Assembly: GCA_963805855.1 (NCBI GenBank)
Contig: CAWDVW010000005.1
Span: forward strand, 544,001 to 608,000
Reading direction: 5' to 3'
DNA length: 64,000 nt
From: Candidatus Dadabacteria bacterium
GTDB taxonomy: Bacteria; Desulfobacterota_D; UBA1144; Nemesobacterales; CSP1-2
Part shown: piece by piece, positions 62,638 through 64,000 of the stretch
How positions within the stretch are numbered: the stretch's first letter is position 1
How the letters are laid out: every line of letters begins with the position of its first letter
Notes under the pieces: model-generated
What the model was told of the DNA's origin: nothing
The model's database searches: none
Seen by the model: the letters and a program-made list of their open reading frames with translations, nothing else
Position numbers and translations under genes: made by a program

Positions 62638-63351
62638 CTAACAATATATAGCCTGATTATTATTCAAGGTTACATCATCCCTCATTAAGCCCTTATCAAG
62701 ATGGATAATGCGAGAAGCGCGGGCCGCTGCATGTTGATCATGGGTCACCATTACGATAGTTTTTTTGAATGTCTTATTCAAATTTTCGAGGAGAAATAGT
62801 ATCTCCTCGGCACTCTTAGCATCCAGATCACCCGTTGGCTCATCGGCTAACAATATTGTTGGGTCGGTCACAATTGCACGCGCGATACCAACCCGTTGTT
62901 CTTGTCCTCCGGATAGCTGGCGTGGGTAAAACGACCTCCTGTCCGTCAACCCAACTATTTCAAGCGCTGTTTCAACATGCTCTCTTCTCTCCGATTTACT
63001 TAGGGGAGTAAGTAGCAGCGGGAGCTCAACATTTTCGTAGGCGGTAAGTGCTGGAATGAGATTATAGAATTGAAAAATGAAACCGATATGTTGGCTTCGC
63101 CAACGGGCGAGTTCACCCTCGGTCATCGCTGAAATTTCATCCGAACCTACAAGTATCTCTCCATCAGTCGTACCATCAATCCCAGCTATTAGATTAAGAA
63201 TGGTGGTTTTACCCGACCCAGAGGGCCCCATTATTGCTATGAATTCCCCTTCAAGCATTCTTAGGGTTAAACCATTTAATACGGTGATTTCCTCAGAGTT
63301 GGTATTATATGTCTTAACGACGTTAACCAACCTGATAAGGGCATCAGGCAT
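62638..63351 (-). CDS. ABC ATP-binding protein (LolD/MacB type)
   Basis: [16 protein letters not shown] and [10 protein letters not shown] motifs. Confidence 0.95.
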   Translation of the reverse strand: MPDALIRLVNVVKTYNTNSEEITVLNGLTLRMLEGEFIAIMGPSGSGKTTILNLIAGIDGTTDGEILVGSDEISAMTEGELARWRSQHIGFIFQFYNLIPALTAYENVELPLLLTPLSKSERREHVETALEIVGLTDRRSFYPRQLSGGQEQRVGIARAIVTDPTILLADEPTGDLDAKSAEEILFLLENLNKTFKKTIVMVTHDQHAAARASRIIHLDKGLMRDDVTLNNNQAIYC

Positions 63352-63354
63352 CAG

Positions 63355-64000
63355 TTACTCCTCCTCATTCTCCAACCGTACTTTATCTCCGTCTTTTAGA
63401 TTGAACTTTCCAGCCTCCCTGACTACTTGCTCGCCACCAGCCAGCCCCTCTCTTATTTCAATCTGGGTACCGAATTCATCGCCAGTCGTCACGGGCTGGA
63501 ACTTCACTCTGTAATTATCGACTATGAAAACCCCCTTCTGCCCCTCATAGTCTACAAGGGAAGAAGCTGCAACCAATATTAGATTTCTCTCAATTCCGTC
63601 TTTATAGACCGCAGGATCTAAAAAGTCAATTTTACACGACATCTCCGGGAGCACTTTGTCATCTTTATTTAAGAATTCGACCTTTACGGTGACCGTCCCC
63701 TTTTGTCTGTCCGCCGTAGGGACAATTTGTCTGAGACGGGCTTTATACTGATGTTCAGGGAAAGCGTCGAGGATGATCTCAGCTGGCATTCCAAGTTTGA
63801 GTTTGCCCAGATTTTGTTCGTTGATATCTGTTTCCGCTTCCAGGGAATCGAGATCAACTATAACAGCAAATGTCGCGCCAGCAGACCCTGCGCCCCCGAA
63901 GCCCTGAGGCGTTACTGTCTCTCCCAAAAAAGCCTTCTTCACTGTGACAACCCCGCTTATCGGAGCATAAATCTGGGTATTATGTATCAACTCCTCGGCA
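63355..64000 (-). CDS. Efflux periplasmic adaptor (MFP/MacA-like), C-terminal part; 5' end lies outside the window
   Basis: IYAPISGVV, PTADRQKGTV, VLPEMS and GLAGGEQVV motifs. Confidence 0.9.
   Translation of the reverse strand, partial: AEELIHNTQIYAPISGVVTVKKAFLGETVTPQGFGGAGSAGATFAVIVDLDSLEAETDINEQNLGKLKLGMPAEIILDAFPEHQYKARLRQIVPTADRQKGTVTVKVEFLNKDDKVLPEMSCKIDFLDPAVYKDGIERNLILVAASSLVDYEGQKGVFIVDNYRVKFQPVTTGDEFGTQIEIREGLAGGEQVVREAGKFNLKDGDKVRLENEEE

Overview
A mostly core-genome bacterial window. Gene content suggests a Deltaproteobacteria-like lineage, possibly Ca. Dadabacteria (inference only). From left to right it contains: the 5' part of dnaE; ftsY, ribD, nadD and rsfS; a beta-carbonic anhydrase; a complete dcw cluster from mraZ to ftsZ that lacks ddl and has its own promoter and MraZ boxes; murJ; an accessory glycan locus (UDP-GlcA decarboxylase, GH-A/GT2 fusion, ABC exporter, GT-B enzyme, methyltransferase with an unnamed C-terminal domain, and an SxtJ-like/carbamoyltransferase/SxtK-like trio); aroQ, recJ, lgt, trkAH, ribF, aroE and pyrE; a sulfate-assimilation operon divergent from a sigma54 activator; HU; and a MacAB-like ABC exporter. 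Highlights are (1) a sigma54-driven glycan synthesis, export and decoration system, (2) sigma54/IHF promoter architecture on the sulfate operon and the carbonic anhydrase, (3) nested, modular REP/REPIN-like mosaics in many intergenic gaps, and (4) a probable ATA start codon for rsfS. No rRNA, tRNA, CRISPR array or transposase was recognised. All calls come from reading motifs by eye; no searches were run.
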